DNA of 64,000 nt from Candidatus Latescibacterota bacterium (GCA_965248435.1 OZ252100.1:5536001-5600000), one strand, 5' to 3'. Positions 36,554-46,900 are shown, counted from the first letter of the stretch. Numbers and translations are program-made. The notes: generated by a model not told the origin, from the letters alone.

Positions 36554-37663
36554 ATGGATCCAAAAGGGGAGAGCACTATTGTGAAGGGGGCGTTAGTTGG
36601 CTTCGGGACGATTGCACGGGCACATCTTGCTACATATTTAGAGAGGACAGACTTGGTCATCACAGCAATTGTAGACCCATGCCAAGAACTGGGGAAACAA
36701 GTGAAATCGGTTGCCAACAATATCAACACGTATAAGACTTTGGAGGAAACGTTTTCTGCAGAAAAGTTAGATTTCATAGATATTTGTTCCCCCCCAGACA
36801 CCCATTATGGGTATATTCGTTCTGGTCTCTCAAACAAATGCCATGTTCTCTGTGAAAAACCGTTTTTGCTCTCTTCGGAGCAATACAGAGATCTCTTGCC
36901 CTTAATCAGGTCTGTAGACAAAGTTACTTATCCATGCCATAACTATAAATTCGCTCCTACACTGCAACATATTAAAAGGGTAGTTCAATCGGAACAATTC
37001 GGAGAGCTTTTGAGTGGACAATTTCGTACTCTTCGGTCCGGACATGCTGTAGGTGTATCGGAATGGAATCCGCATTGGAGACGCAACAGAAATATTTCCG
37101 GTGGTGGAATCCTGAGAGATCATGGACCCCATAGTGTCTATATTGCCTGCGAAATGTACAAAAAAACTCCGGTTGCCGTTTCATGTATTATGGGAAACTT
37201 AGTCAATGATCAATACTCTGACACCGAAGATACAGCTCTACTGACAATCTATTTCGACAACAATGTTCAGTTTACCATAACTCTCTCTTGGGCGGCGGGT
37301 TACCGTAACAGCTACTATGCCGTTATCGGAAGCGGCGAAAGCGTCATTTTAGAGAATAATGAGATATTGCATACAATGAACGGTAATAAGGTAGTTAGAC
37401 AATCGATCTCTTCAGAATTTGATGATCCGTCGCACAAAGGATGGTTTCAAGAAATGTTCTCGGACTTTGTCGATGTCGTTGCAACCCCTAATAGACAGCT
37501 ACCGTTGCTGCAGGAGGCACTGATTACCACATTGATTATAGAAAAGGCCTACCTCTCTGCAAAATACGGAGGTAAGTTGGTAGACTTGCCTCCCGTATCG
37601 GATTTTGGACTAAATACGATGAGCTTTAAGGCCATCAGTTTTAGCGGCAATGATTTATCTTGA
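36554..37663 (+). CDS. Gfo/Idh/MocA oxidoreductase
   Basis: VGFGTIA, HVLCEKP, GGGILRDHGPH. Confidence 0.92.
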   Translation: MDPKGESTIVKGALVGFGTIARAHLATYLERTDLVITAIVDPCQELGKQVKSVANNINTYKTLEETFSAEKLDFIDICSPPDTHYGYIRSGLSNKCHVLCEKPFLLSSEQYRDLLPLIRSVDKVTYPCHNYKFAPTLQHIKRVVQSEQFGELLSGQFRTLRSGHAVGVSEWNPHWRRNRNISGGGILRDHGPHSVYIACEMYKKTPVAVSCIMGNLVNDQYSDTEDTALLTIYFDNNVQFTITLSWAAGYRNSYYAVIGSGESVILENNEILHTMNGNKVVRQSISSEFDDPSHKGWFQEMFSDFVDVVATPNRQLPLLQEALITTLIIEKAYLSAKYGGKLVDLPPVSDFGLNTMSFKAISFSGNDLS

Positions 37664-37799
37664 AGGATTGGGGGTTGCGCGCCCTATTTTTCAAACCGAT
37701 GGCGGCATAGTTTTGCTCGGGCACCAATCTATCCTACCGGCCACTATCCAGTTATAGCAGAATTAGAATGGGAATCACAAACTTGATAGGGAAAACAAA

Positions 37800-38615
37800 G
37801 TGGCACGTAAACGGATATTATTGGCTCAGAATTTTCTCAGAGACCCTAATTTAGTTGCTTCAATTGTTTCGAGAAGTAGCATTGTTAAGACTGATGTAGT
37901 TTATGAAATAGGTCCAGGTGCAGGGATTATAACTAGAGAATTGGCAAAAGTCGCTAGTAAAGTAATATCCATAGAACAAGACTCAACGCTAGTTAGAAAA
38001 TTAAGAGGCAAGCTTGAGAAGTTTCCAAATATTGAAGTACATCAAGCCAATTTTTTGGATTTTGATGTTGAAGAAACTGATTATAAGATATTTTCCAACA
38101 TTCCTTTCAATATAACCTCGGATATTATCAGAAAAGTATTGTTCAGGGTTAACCCGCCAAAGGAGACATATTTATTTATGCAAAAGGAGGCCGCAAAAAG
38201 GTTCTCCGGAATACCTCAAGAAAGCCAGTTTTCTGTGCTTGCAAAACCATTTTTCAAATTTAATATCATTGCGAAGTTTAGGGAAAACGATTTTGAGCCT
38301 AAGCCGAGTGTGGAAGTCGTGCTTTTACATATAGAGAAACGTGACAGCCCTCTAGTGACTCAAGAAAATGTCGATATGTTTAGAAGGTTTGTGAAGTATG
38401 GTTTTGGAGTTTGGAAAGATGATCTAAAGAGTACGTACAAGCGGGTCTTTACATACAAACAGTGGAAGAGACTGTCAAAAGATATTGGTTATTCAATACG
38501 AGTTACTCCTACCCAATTAACGTTTGAGCAATGGTTGAGATTATTCGAATTGTTCCTAATTTATGTACCAGATTTTAAGAAGTCTGTTATCTTGGATAGG
38601 GAGTCGTTTGGTTAG
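37800..38615 (+). CDS. erm: Erm-family 23S rRNA adenine-N6 methyltransferase
   Basis: AQNFL, YEIGPGAG, FSNIPFNIT, DFEPKPSV, Erm-type C-terminus FTYKQWKRL...PTQLTFEQW; lacks the KsgA-type F.QRRK.L tail. Confidence 0.82.
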   Translation: MARKRILLAQNFLRDPNLVASIVSRSSIVKTDVVYEIGPGAGIITRELAKVASKVISIEQDSTLVRKLRGKLEKFPNIEVHQANFLDFDVEETDYKIFSNIPFNITSDIIRKVLFRVNPPKETYLFMQKEAAKRFSGIPQESQFSVLAKPFFKFNIIAKFRENDFEPKPSVEVVLLHIEKRDSPLVTQENVDMFRRFVKYGFGVWKDDLKSTYKRVFTYKQWKRLSKDIGYSIRVTPTQLTFEQWLRLFELFLIYVPDFKKSVILDRESFG

Positions 38616-38792
38616 GTAAGGTATTAGTTCGTACCTCGGCTGATGAAAGTCAGAAGCTAGATCTTCCGGTGGAACTCAGATAGGTTCACATTGTGGCTCT
38701 TTGGCATCGTGAACTCTTTCGCCTACAAAGGATCACGTGTCCATCAACTCGAGGAAACTCTACCTATCAAATGTGATCACTCCGGAGGCGAC

Positions 38793-39521
38793 ATGACAAA
38801 GGTTGACACTGAAATGTGGCAAATCGAACGCGAAGTTACCTTCGACTTGAGCGTAGATCAGCGATCGACATTTTTGGACGCCGTCAATGAACATAGAAAC
38901 AGAAAGAACTCGACACCAGGCAGCACGGTGGGTTGGAAGCGGCGAACACGTGTATATCTTTTCCATCAGGCAGCCGGCGGCGGACCAGTGGTCCGAACGG
39001 TGATCGAGGTACGGCGAAGAGACCGGATTCGTGCCTGGCTTGACTCAAAGCTCTGGACGCCACTTAGTGGTGGAACTACGAAGCTACAGTCCGCCAGAAC
39101 CTACCTCACGCAGGAGCAGTTAAAGGAAGTGTTAAGTTCTGAGGCATATGCTTGCGGGTTTGTGAAACTGAGATACTCGCGGAGCCTCGACAGCACAGCG
39201 CAGGTTCCAGCTATTTCCTTAAAGGTGAGCGTGGATACCATTTGTCCCTTTTCCCCATCGAACCCGTTTCAATTCGCCGAGCCGTTTACACATGTCGAGT
39301 TCGAACTTCCACTGGGAAGTAATTCCGCTCGGGATGGGCGTTTCGTGGTTGAGGAGGTACCGTTGACTTTAGTGCAACTCTTGGATTGTCGGGCCACAGT
39401 CTCCAAGAGAGCGCGAGCTAACCTATTCTCGCGCGACACGATTCCATCAAGCCAAACACGATCCGCATTGACGTTTCTCCTTGAGGCAGTGAGGCGATGC
39501 GAGTGTTCATGGTCTCTCTAG
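38793..39521 (+). CDS. Divergent CYTH-like (triphosphate tunnel) protein
   Basis: RBS GGAGG; IEREVTF, FVKLR, VSVD, HVEFE, SKR. Confidence 0.5.
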   Translation: MTKVDTEMWQIEREVTFDLSVDQRSTFLDAVNEHRNRKNSTPGSTVGWKRRTRVYLFHQAAGGGPVVRTVIEVRRRDRIRAWLDSKLWTPLSGGTTKLQSARTYLTQEQLKEVLSSEAYACGFVKLRYSRSLDSTAQVPAISLKVSVDTICPFSPSNPFQFAEPFTHVEFELPLGSNSARDGRFVVEEVPLTLVQLLDCRATVSKRARANLFSRDTIPSSQTRSALTFLLEAVRRCECSWSL

Positions 39522-40011
39522 CAATTTGGTTCTGACACTGTTTGCTGGGATTCAGAGCCCAAATCGACCAAGCTTCCCAAGCGTGGTAAATACCAAGACT
39601 TTCTAAGCAGAAGGTTTTAAGGCGGCTCAAAGATTGAGGTATTTTGATTCAAAAATTGTGTGCTCATTGTTGATTATTGCATCGTACCAGTTCAATAAAG
39701 AAGTGCAACGCTTAGGGTCGAATGATTCCTACCCGAAGTGTAAGAGAAAGAGATATAAGCATCTCAAGTGCGACCGTCACCCCAACTTTCAAATAGGCCG
39801 ATTAGAACGGACAAACGCTAGGCGTTGATGAAACTCAACTGATCCGAAATCTATCACCTCTTTGTGGTCGCCTTATATATGATTTTTCGCACAGCGCATT
39901 CACCAGTGTGAAGGAAGCAGAAGCCTGCCATCCCGCCCTTTCATAAGTGGGATTTCAGGCTTGCCGGATAAATGTCTTGTCGGCGTATCGAATTGTTGGA
40001 GAGCAGAAATA

Positions 40012-40833
40012 ATGGCAACAGAAACCGACAAGATCGAGATTGAATACAAGTTCACTCCATTCGACGACGATGAAACCACGCTGTCATTGATCAGGGCAGT
40101 GGCAGTTCCGCCGTGGGCGATACTTAGATTACCCCCGGTCACTGTTCTAGATATTTATTTCGACACTGAAGATTTGTTCTTTCACCAAGCGGGTGCTTCA
40201 TTTCGTGTGCGAAAAAGGGGGAAACCTTACCAACGGTATCTGAATCCACTGGGTTATAGCGCAAATTTCAAGGGTCCGACTCGAAGCATTGACTCGCGTA
40301 TCCTCGAAAAGAGAGAAGTTCGTTCTGCGATTGAAGCCGATGAAGTGCTGTCGTATTTGTCAAACTCGCTCCCTGGGAATGCAGCATTACTTGCATATCA
40401 ATTTATCGAGGAACAATCTCGAGCTAGTTCATCTTTCCGCTCCGGGGTGGTGATGGCACCAGTGGCTCACATCGTCTCGGCTCGCCGCGTCTATAACGTG
40501 GGTCCCGTCGGAACAAGCTGGCCGAAATCGAGACATCCGCCTTGGGGTGCCCTCGTACACGTAGTCCTCGAGGAGGTAACCGCTTGTGACATCAGAGGCT
40601 CTCGACGTGCTGCTGATTGCCTCATCACAGAAGGCAGAATGGATCTCACGGAGCCAGTCGAGGCACGACGGTGGCTTTCGGGAGAGGTCGAGCTGGCCCA
40701 CCATTTTCCCGATCTTCGAGATGAGGGTAAGACGCTCTTTCAACGTATCGTCGAAAGGTTCCATTCACATTGTCTAACGACTGACGGTCAAAGCAAGTAT
40801 TCAACGTTCATGAACATGCTGACCAATTTATGA
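40012..40833 (+). CDS. CYTH-domain protein
   Basis: EIEYKF (ExExK), DIYFDT, FRVRK, FKGP, KREV, EVE, SKY. Confidence 0.82.
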   Translation: MATETDKIEIEYKFTPFDDDETTLSLIRAVAVPPWAILRLPPVTVLDIYFDTEDLFFHQAGASFRVRKRGKPYQRYLNPLGYSANFKGPTRSIDSRILEKREVRSAIEADEVLSYLSNSLPGNAALLAYQFIEEQSRASSSFRSGVVMAPVAHIVSARRVYNVGPVGTSWPKSRHPPWGALVHVVLEEVTACDIRGSRRAADCLITEGRMDLTEPVEARRWLSGEVELAHHFPDLRDEGKTLFQRIVERFHSHCLTTDGQSKYSTFMNMLTNL

Positions 40834-40861
40834 GCCCAACGCTCCCTTGTTCCCTATCTCA

Positions 40862-41436
40862 GAGTTCGCTTGGAACCTCGCCGAAGAGATTGCAATAGAC
40901 GAAAACAACGTTGACCCAAGAAAGTTCTTCCGTTTCCACTTGAAGCGTGGGGTATTGCCTAGTCAGGGGGGAGTACGGGCATATGTAAGCTTTTTGTGGA
41001 ACGTTATCGCAATCTATTCATAAAAGTCACTGTACATGCACATCCGATCTACTACGTGCCCCTTGACTATGTTTGCAATGAAACCGAAAGAGTAACAGTC
41101 TACGATGTATTTATCAACAGAATTGGAGTAGCTGTGGTTGAGAAAGGATACTTTGTTGAGGATCCATCGCCGATAAAGTCAGAATCCTTACAGGAAATCA
41201 GTTTGGAAGATCCAAACGTTTCGGTCCACACCTCTCGAAGTAGCTATCGTGTCGAAATCGGAATTCCTTGGAATATGTTGCCTATCATTCCCCGCTCAGG
41301 AATGGATCTGGGGCTCGAAATCGAAGTGTTGAATTGTTGTGAGGGCCGCTTTCCAGTCCTGCATCGAAGAACACTAATTGCCTGTTCAGGCGGACCACTT
41401 TTCCGGAGTAATACCCTGAGTTTTATGGCAGTTTAA
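40862..41436 (+). pseudogene. Frameshifted relic of the CBM9-like C-terminal domain of 44459-46351
   Basis: EFAWNLAEEIAIDENNVDPRKFFRFHLKRGVLPSQGG...LWN, then a shift to NLFIKV...EIGIPW...LGLEIEV; colinear with the paralog. Confidence 0.8.
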
Positions 41437-41500
41437 TTCTGACTGATTAAGATGTGCCAATTTGCTAAACGTTTCGGACCTAGATTAACGAAGAAACGAA

Positions 41501-42532
41501 ATGGGTGATCAATCATTTATTAGAGTCAAGAATTTGACCAAAGAATTCCGCATCCTGAAGAGAAAAGAGGGGGTTTGGGGCGCGGTCCGTAATTTGTTCA
41601 GCAGGCAGTATGAGGTTAAGATAGCGGTGAACAACGTCTCCTTTGAAATACAAAAAGGGGAGATCATTGGATATATAGGGCCAAACGGTGCAGGAAAGTC
41701 AACAACAATCAAAATGCTAGTTGGCATATTGGTGCCCACAGATGGTTGCGTAGAGGTTGGGGGATTGGTTCCTCATGAAGATCGAATTCAGAATGCAAAG
41801 AGAATGGGCGTCGTTTTTGGTCAGCGCACTCAGTTGTGGTGGGATATTCCTGTTTCAGAATCCCTGAACTTGATGAAGTACATGTACCAAATTCCCGATG
41901 CACAATTTAAGGCCAGCCTAGACGATTTCTCTGACATACTCGACCTGAAAGAATTTTTCAATGTCCCCGTAAGGCAACTTAGTCTTGGCCAGAGAATGAG
42001 ATCAGACCTCTGCGCTGCTTTCCTGCATAATCCAGACGTTCTCTACTTAGATGAGCCAACGATCGGATTAGACGTAGTTGTGAAAAATAAAATCCGAGAG
42101 TTTATAAAGGTAGTCAACCAAGAGCGCGGCACAACAGTCATGCTAACGACTCACGACATGTCCGAAGTCGAAAAGCTCTGCTCCCGTGTATTGACAATCG
42201 ACCAGGGAAAGATTGTGTACGACGGAAATCTACAGAATCTGAAAGATCTATACGGAACAGAAGAGACAATGATTGTGGAAACGGAGAACCCTACGTCCAG
42301 CCATGGTGGCCTGTATCGTCTGGGCGTATCAGAAGTGACGCAGGAAGACTATAGGATGTTCATTAAATATGACAGAAAGAAGGTAAATGCTACATCGATC
42401 ATTGGTTGCATAATGGCAAATGAAAGAGTCAGAGATTTTGTTGTCAAGGAAACAGAAATCGAGGAAGTCATTCGAAAAATGTATCTTGATCAGCCAGCTT
42501 TGAATGGATCAGAAAGGTGCAAATTGTCATGA
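41501..42532 (+). CDS. ABC transporter ATP-binding protein
   Basis: GPNGAGKST, LSLGQ, YLDEPTIGLD, TTHD. Confidence 0.95.
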   Translation: MGDQSFIRVKNLTKEFRILKRKEGVWGAVRNLFSRQYEVKIAVNNVSFEIQKGEIIGYIGPNGAGKSTTIKMLVGILVPTDGCVEVGGLVPHEDRIQNAKRMGVVFGQRTQLWWDIPVSESLNLMKYMYQIPDAQFKASLDDFSDILDLKEFFNVPVRQLSLGQRMRSDLCAAFLHNPDVLYLDEPTIGLDVVVKNKIREFIKVVNQERGTTVMLTTHDMSEVEKLCSRVLTIDQGKIVYDGNLQNLKDLYGTEETMIVETENPTSSHGGLYRLGVSEVTQEDYRMFIKYDRKKVNATSIIGCIMANERVRDFVVKETEIEEVIRKMYLDQPALNGSERCKLS

Positions 42533-43329
42533 GAGTAAATTTTGAAGTCGCCAAGCTCGCCTTTCAGGCAAATCTGGCCTACAAAATGAACACGCTTTTG
42601 ACTCTTGTGAATCAGGTATTCTTTCTTTATTACCGCATTTATATCTGGCGTGCCCTCTATAGGGGCATGGGAAGTGCTGCAACCAGAATGGGAGCAATAA
42701 GTTTGCGAGACATGACTACCTATTCTGTAGTAAGTGCTGCGCAGTCCGTAGTAATTGAGACTGAGGTTCTTACCAGGATGGATGAAAAGATTAGGACCGG
42801 CGAAGTCGCAATGGACTTAACCAAGCCTCTTAGCTTGAAAATGTTTCTATTCAGCGAAACGATTGGGAATAACGCCTACAAATTCATCGTTGAGCTTACT
42901 CCCTTGGTGCTAATGAGTCTATTCTTATTTGGCATTGAGGTTCCCTGTTGGGAAAGTCTAGTGATTTTTGCCGTGTCTCTGGTAAACGGAATGATCATCT
43001 ACTTTCTGATATGTTATTCCCTTGGCCTCCTTGGGTTCTGGTACCTTTCAGTTTGGCAATTCAAAATGCTCTTGGGCAATCTGATAAATGTATTCGCAGG
43101 TTCAGTCATACCGCTTTGGTTTTTTCCGGATTTTCTGGCCCAACTCTCACTCTTCCTCCCTTTTCGATTTATATACTTTGTTCCGTTGTCAATATATCTT
43201 GAAAAAGTAGATCCAGCAGGAGCTATTTGGTTAGTCTTAGAACAGATCATGTGGATTGGCATCCTTCTGATAGTAGAAAAAACGTTATGGCGGAAGGGAG
43301 TCAAAAAGATCGTGGTTCAGGGAGGATAG
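42517..43329 (+). CDS. ABC-2 family (DUF990-type) permease
   Basis: Six TMs, IRTGEVAMDLTKP, FAGSVIPLWFFP, C-terminal VVQGG. Confidence 0.9.
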   Translation: MQIVMRVNFEVAKLAFQANLAYKMNTLLTLVNQVFFLYYRIYIWRALYRGMGSAATRMGAISLRDMTTYSVVSAAQSVVIETEVLTRMDEKIRTGEVAMDLTKPLSLKMFLFSETIGNNAYKFIVELTPLVLMSLFLFGIEVPCWESLVIFAVSLVNGMIIYFLICYSLGLLGFWYLSVWQFKMLLGNLINVFAGSVIPLWFFPDFLAQLSLFLPFRFIYFVPLSIYLEKVDPAGAIWLVLEQIMWIGILLIVEKTLWRKGVKKIVVQGG

Positions 43330-43330
43330 C

Positions 43331-44149
43331 GTGAGGCACATCAAACTTTACGCAAGATACATTACGATTTCTATCAAAAGTAGAATGGAATATCGATTCG
43401 CGTTTTTCGTGGACCTCGTTGTTCTTGTACTTGTTTATTCAATGGGATACTTGGGAGTATTCATAATTCTAAGCAAATTCAAAACCATACAGGGTTGGAA
43501 TTTCTATGAGGTGATTCTCCTTTACAACATGAACCTGTTCGCCTACGCACTTGGCAGCATGTTCTTCAGCTCTATGCGATGGTCTGACGAACTCGTGCGG
43601 CTCGGAACGTTCGACAGTATGATGGTATACCCTCTGAATCCTTTCTTGTGTGTAGTTTACAGGAATTTCGGAAGTTCCTATTTTGCCCATATTGGACTGA
43701 GTGTTGCGTTTTTCATTCTTTGTTTCAGAAAGTTGGATATCCCTTTTAGCGTTGCAAATTGTATTTGGTTTGGTTTAGTCCTAATCGGTGGCGCGATGGT
43801 GATTGCTGGTATTCAGGTCGCAGTTGGGGCAACGAGTTTTTGGTTTGTCAAGTCGACTTCGACTTTCGATGGAATTCTAGTCACGTGTAGAAATATCACT
43901 TATTATCCAATTACGATTTTTGGTGGATGGGTGCAGATTCTGGTGACGTTTTTCGTCCCATATGCGTTTGTGTCCTTCTATCCAGCGGAGCACTTTCTTA
44001 GCAAGTCTGGGGAGTCCCTAGTTTATCCACTTTCGCTATTTGATCCTGTTCTTCAGTACGCGACTCCTGCTGTCGGCCTAGTATCTTTCTCGCTCGCCTA
44101 TAGGCTGTGGACGTTTGGCCTCACCCGGTACCAAAGTACCGGTTCGTAA
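43331..44149 (+). CDS. ABC-2 family (DUF990-type) permease
   Basis: MEYR, GTFD...PLNP, YPITIF, C-terminal YQSTGS. Confidence 0.9.
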   Translation: MRHIKLYARYITISIKSRMEYRFAFFVDLVVLVLVYSMGYLGVFIILSKFKTIQGWNFYEVILLYNMNLFAYALGSMFFSSMRWSDELVRLGTFDSMMVYPLNPFLCVVYRNFGSSYFAHIGLSVAFFILCFRKLDIPFSVANCIWFGLVLIGGAMVIAGIQVAVGATSFWFVKSTSTFDGILVTCRNITYYPITIFGGWVQILVTFFVPYAFVSFYPAEHFLSKSGESLVYPLSLFDPVLQYATPAVGLVSFSLAYRLWTFGLTRYQSTGS

Positions 44150-44209
44150 AGCTGTCACGATGGGGAAAAAGTCAATCTATTCCCTCACATATCAGTAGTT
44201 ATTTCCCAT

Positions 44210-44243
44210 ACACTTAGGATAGGACTGAAGCTATCCTAAGTGT
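44210..44243. repeat. Perfect 13-bp inverted repeat
   Basis: ACACTTAGGATAG-N8-CTATCCTAAGTGT. Confidence 0.85.
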
Positions 44244-44458
44244 TGCACTTCCTTATTGAACTCGTGTTTTGTAAAACCCAACGTATTGTGGCAATTCAAA
44301 ACAGAAAAACCTGGGAGGGCATCGGGATGAAGGCCCTGACAAAGGATAAATACCGCATGCCCTCTCCGGCTCCCGTAGCATATGCGACGGAAACGTCCTC
44401 ATTTTTACAGGGATGGGGCGAACTCGGTTCTACACTGATCCGGGAAAGATGAGATGCC

Positions 44459-46351
44459 ATGATCATGCAAGATGGCAATCCTTCTAGTGGTCTTGTTAAG
44501 GGGTTAAAGGAAGATTGTAATCCACCATTAGAGCTGTCCTTAGGAGATAGATTACTAGTACATTTTTCAAGATCCTTTTTGGTTCCAGAAGTTGTGGAAT
44601 CAGTTAAAGAAATGATAAGAGGCCATATTGATTGGAAGGCATTTCTTGAAGAGGCAAAGCGGCATAGAATTTTAGGTTTTATTAATTATCATTCCTTGAC
44701 TCACAACTTGCAGTTGCCCTCGGGAGTTATGGACCTCATTGTACGCGATGCCAAAGCCAATAGAGATCAGGCCAAAGTGCTTTTTCGTGAAATTGCCCGA
44801 ATTTCGCAAGCATTCGCCGATATCGGTGCTCCAGTCGTGCTGCTGAAGGGACCTGCACTCATCCACCAAGTTTATCGTTCGCCTTCAATTCGGGCATTCG
44901 GTGATATAGATATCTTAACCCCTTCTAGCTATGTTCAAGAAATCGAAAAATACCTTCGAGGGCAAGGGTGGGTTCATGGCTTCAGAGATATCAGTAGCAA
45001 TGAATTGATACACCCGAGCCTCGACGAATTGGAAGTGTTTAATGTCGATCATCGATGCCCGCTGTGGAAAGAAGAAATTGCGATCGATGTTCATTCCGCT
45101 GATCTGAGGCCCGGAAAAGTGGACTTTGATAGTTTAATTAAGAATAGTAGAACCCTTGACGAAATTGGACCGGGACTAAGAGTACCTTCATTATCTGATC
45201 TCGTTATTCATTCTGCATTCCACTTCTACAGACACTACGCCCTTGAACGAAGACCGCTCAGGAAAGTACGACTCAAATACCTTGCAGATATATATGCCTG
45301 TTTACGTGCATACTTAAGTGGATTCGGCAATTGGCCTTTACTGCTCAAACGTGCAAGCGATATCTGTGCGAAAGAAATCCTCATTTACGGTCTCTTTTAC
45401 GTGAATGTTGTCTACGGCAATGGAACCATTCCCAAGGAAATAATGGAGGATTTGCTTAGTCAAGACGGGATTATGGTTCCTATTTATCACAAAGATCCGA
45501 TTCCTGTTGATTCCATCGAAAGACTTCTCAGATCCGAGATTCGAACTACAACTAGCACTATTCGCCCTGCCCTATGGATGTTTCACCTAGACGACGTAGC
45601 TGAGAGACTCATCAAGGAACTAAGAGACTGGGAAGCACAAGGCGGGGAGATGCTAGTTGCTCGCTGCCTAGAAGTTGATTCCTCATCTTTAGTTGACGAT
45701 GATCCTAATGATTGTATGTGGAAACTCTCTGAGGAGATATCAATAGACGAGGAAGTTATCGACCAAAGAAAATTCTTCCGTACACATGTAAAGTGCGGTA
45801 TATGGCCGAGTCAAGGTGGAGCTCGTGCATGCTTTCGTCTTCTTTGGAATGAGCAGAATCTATTTCTTAGATTGAATGTGTTTGCCAATGTCATTCACTA
45901 TATGCTTCTAGGGGATATGAAAATTATGTCTAGATCCCGTGGTGAAGGAGTGATGATTTACATTTCTCACGACATGGGTGGAACGACAACCATTAACAAA
46001 ATTGGATTGGGTATTCGACAGGGTGGAGTTATTGTACCGTTAGCGTCTCCAATATCACAAGAAATACGTTGTCCAGAAGTAGCACGCTGTCGCGAGGTTA
46101 AGCCAGAAGATTTACGCGTCTCGGTCCTTCCATCAAGCAATAGTTACAGTCTTGATATCAGTATCCCCTGGTCAGCTATTGAGGTTGTCCCGTCTCCAGG
46201 ACTGCACCTTGGCCTTGAAATTGAAGTAAATAACGATGCACCAGTCCGTTCTTCCTCTAATACATATCTAAGAACTCGTATTGCGTGGGCAGGAGGACCA
46301 TTCTCAACAGACGACTACCCAGAGTTTTATGGTACCTTAGTTTTGGCATAA
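44459..46351 (+). CDS. Nucleotidyltransferase (NTP_transf_5-like) fused to a CBM9/DOMON-like domain
   Basis: VLLKG...RAFGDIDIL, IAIDVH, HSAFH, LKYLADI; C-terminal LLWNEQNLFL...YSLDISIPW...LGLEIEVNND...YGTLVL. Confidence 0.82.
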   Translation: MIMQDGNPSSGLVKGLKEDCNPPLELSLGDRLLVHFSRSFLVPEVVESVKEMIRGHIDWKAFLEEAKRHRILGFINYHSLTHNLQLPSGVMDLIVRDAKANRDQAKVLFREIARISQAFADIGAPVVLLKGPALIHQVYRSPSIRAFGDIDILTPSSYVQEIEKYLRGQGWVHGFRDISSNELIHPSLDELEVFNVDHRCPLWKEEIAIDVHSADLRPGKVDFDSLIKNSRTLDEIGPGLRVPSLSDLVIHSAFHFYRHYALERRPLRKVRLKYLADIYACLRAYLSGFGNWPLLLKRASDICAKEILIYGLFYVNVVYGNGTIPKEIMEDLLSQDGIMVPIYHKDPIPVDSIERLLRSEIRTTTSTIRPALWMFHLDDVAERLIKELRDWEAQGGEMLVARCLEVDSSSLVDDDPNDCMWKLSEEISIDEEVIDQRKFFRTHVKCGIWPSQGGARACFRLLWNEQNLFLRLNVFANVIHYMLLGDMKIMSRSRGEGVMIYISHDMGGTTTINKIGLGIRQGGVIVPLASPISQEIRCPEVARCREVKPEDLRVSVLPSSNSYSLDISIPWSAIEVVPSPGLHLGLEIEVNNDAPVRSSSNTYLRTRIAWAGGPFSTDDYPEFYGTLVLA

Positions 46352-46766
46352 TTATGAGAGATTGTTGTTAATTTAGTTGAAATACAAAGGGGTTCTTGTT
46401 TAGATTGGATACGTTCATCGAAGAGATGGTATCCATAAAGCAAGGAACCCAGTACGATGATGATGGTTGAAAGAGGTATCACTAGCCGCCCCTTTTGCAG
46501 AGAACGTCGAAGCAACCCTCATAATGAAACTGTCTGTGATGATGCTCTCAAGTCATAGGTCGAACCTACGGTCTAATGTATGTAGGACATCTGCAAGTTC
46601 ATTCGCCCCACGATTGAGCAAACGGCCCACGCTGTCTTTGTACTTTGATTGCCATTCCTCTCGTCATTTAGCTGATCCATCTTTTTCCCGCAAAGAATCT
46701 TACCTTTCCCACCTAGTGAACCAACAACGCGGGATAAAGACCTGCACCTTTTGAGCAGTCTTGACG

Positions 46767-46900
46767 TATACTCTCCGTACTTCCCCTAAAACGGAACAGT
46801 GGCGAAGAGAGAAACACATCGTGACGCTGACGGCTGAGGAGCGGTCATATCTGCACGGTCTGATCAGCAAAGGAAAAACAGCAGCTCTGTCCCAGGAATA
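46767..46900 (+). mobile_element. IS630-family left-end relic
   Basis: TATACTCT start, then KHIVTLTAEERSYLHGLISKGKTAA, an IS630 N-terminal pattern; truncated. Confidence 0.65.

Noticed and set aside
37768-37854. Erm leader peptide (MGITNLIGK...)
   Set aside because: Begins MGI like ErmCL but overlaps the erm coding start, has no SD, and no attenuator hairpins are evident.
28863-46351. Lasso peptide or phosphonate cluster
   Set aside because: No asparagine-synthetase-like cyclase, B1/B2 proteins or PEP mutase in the window.
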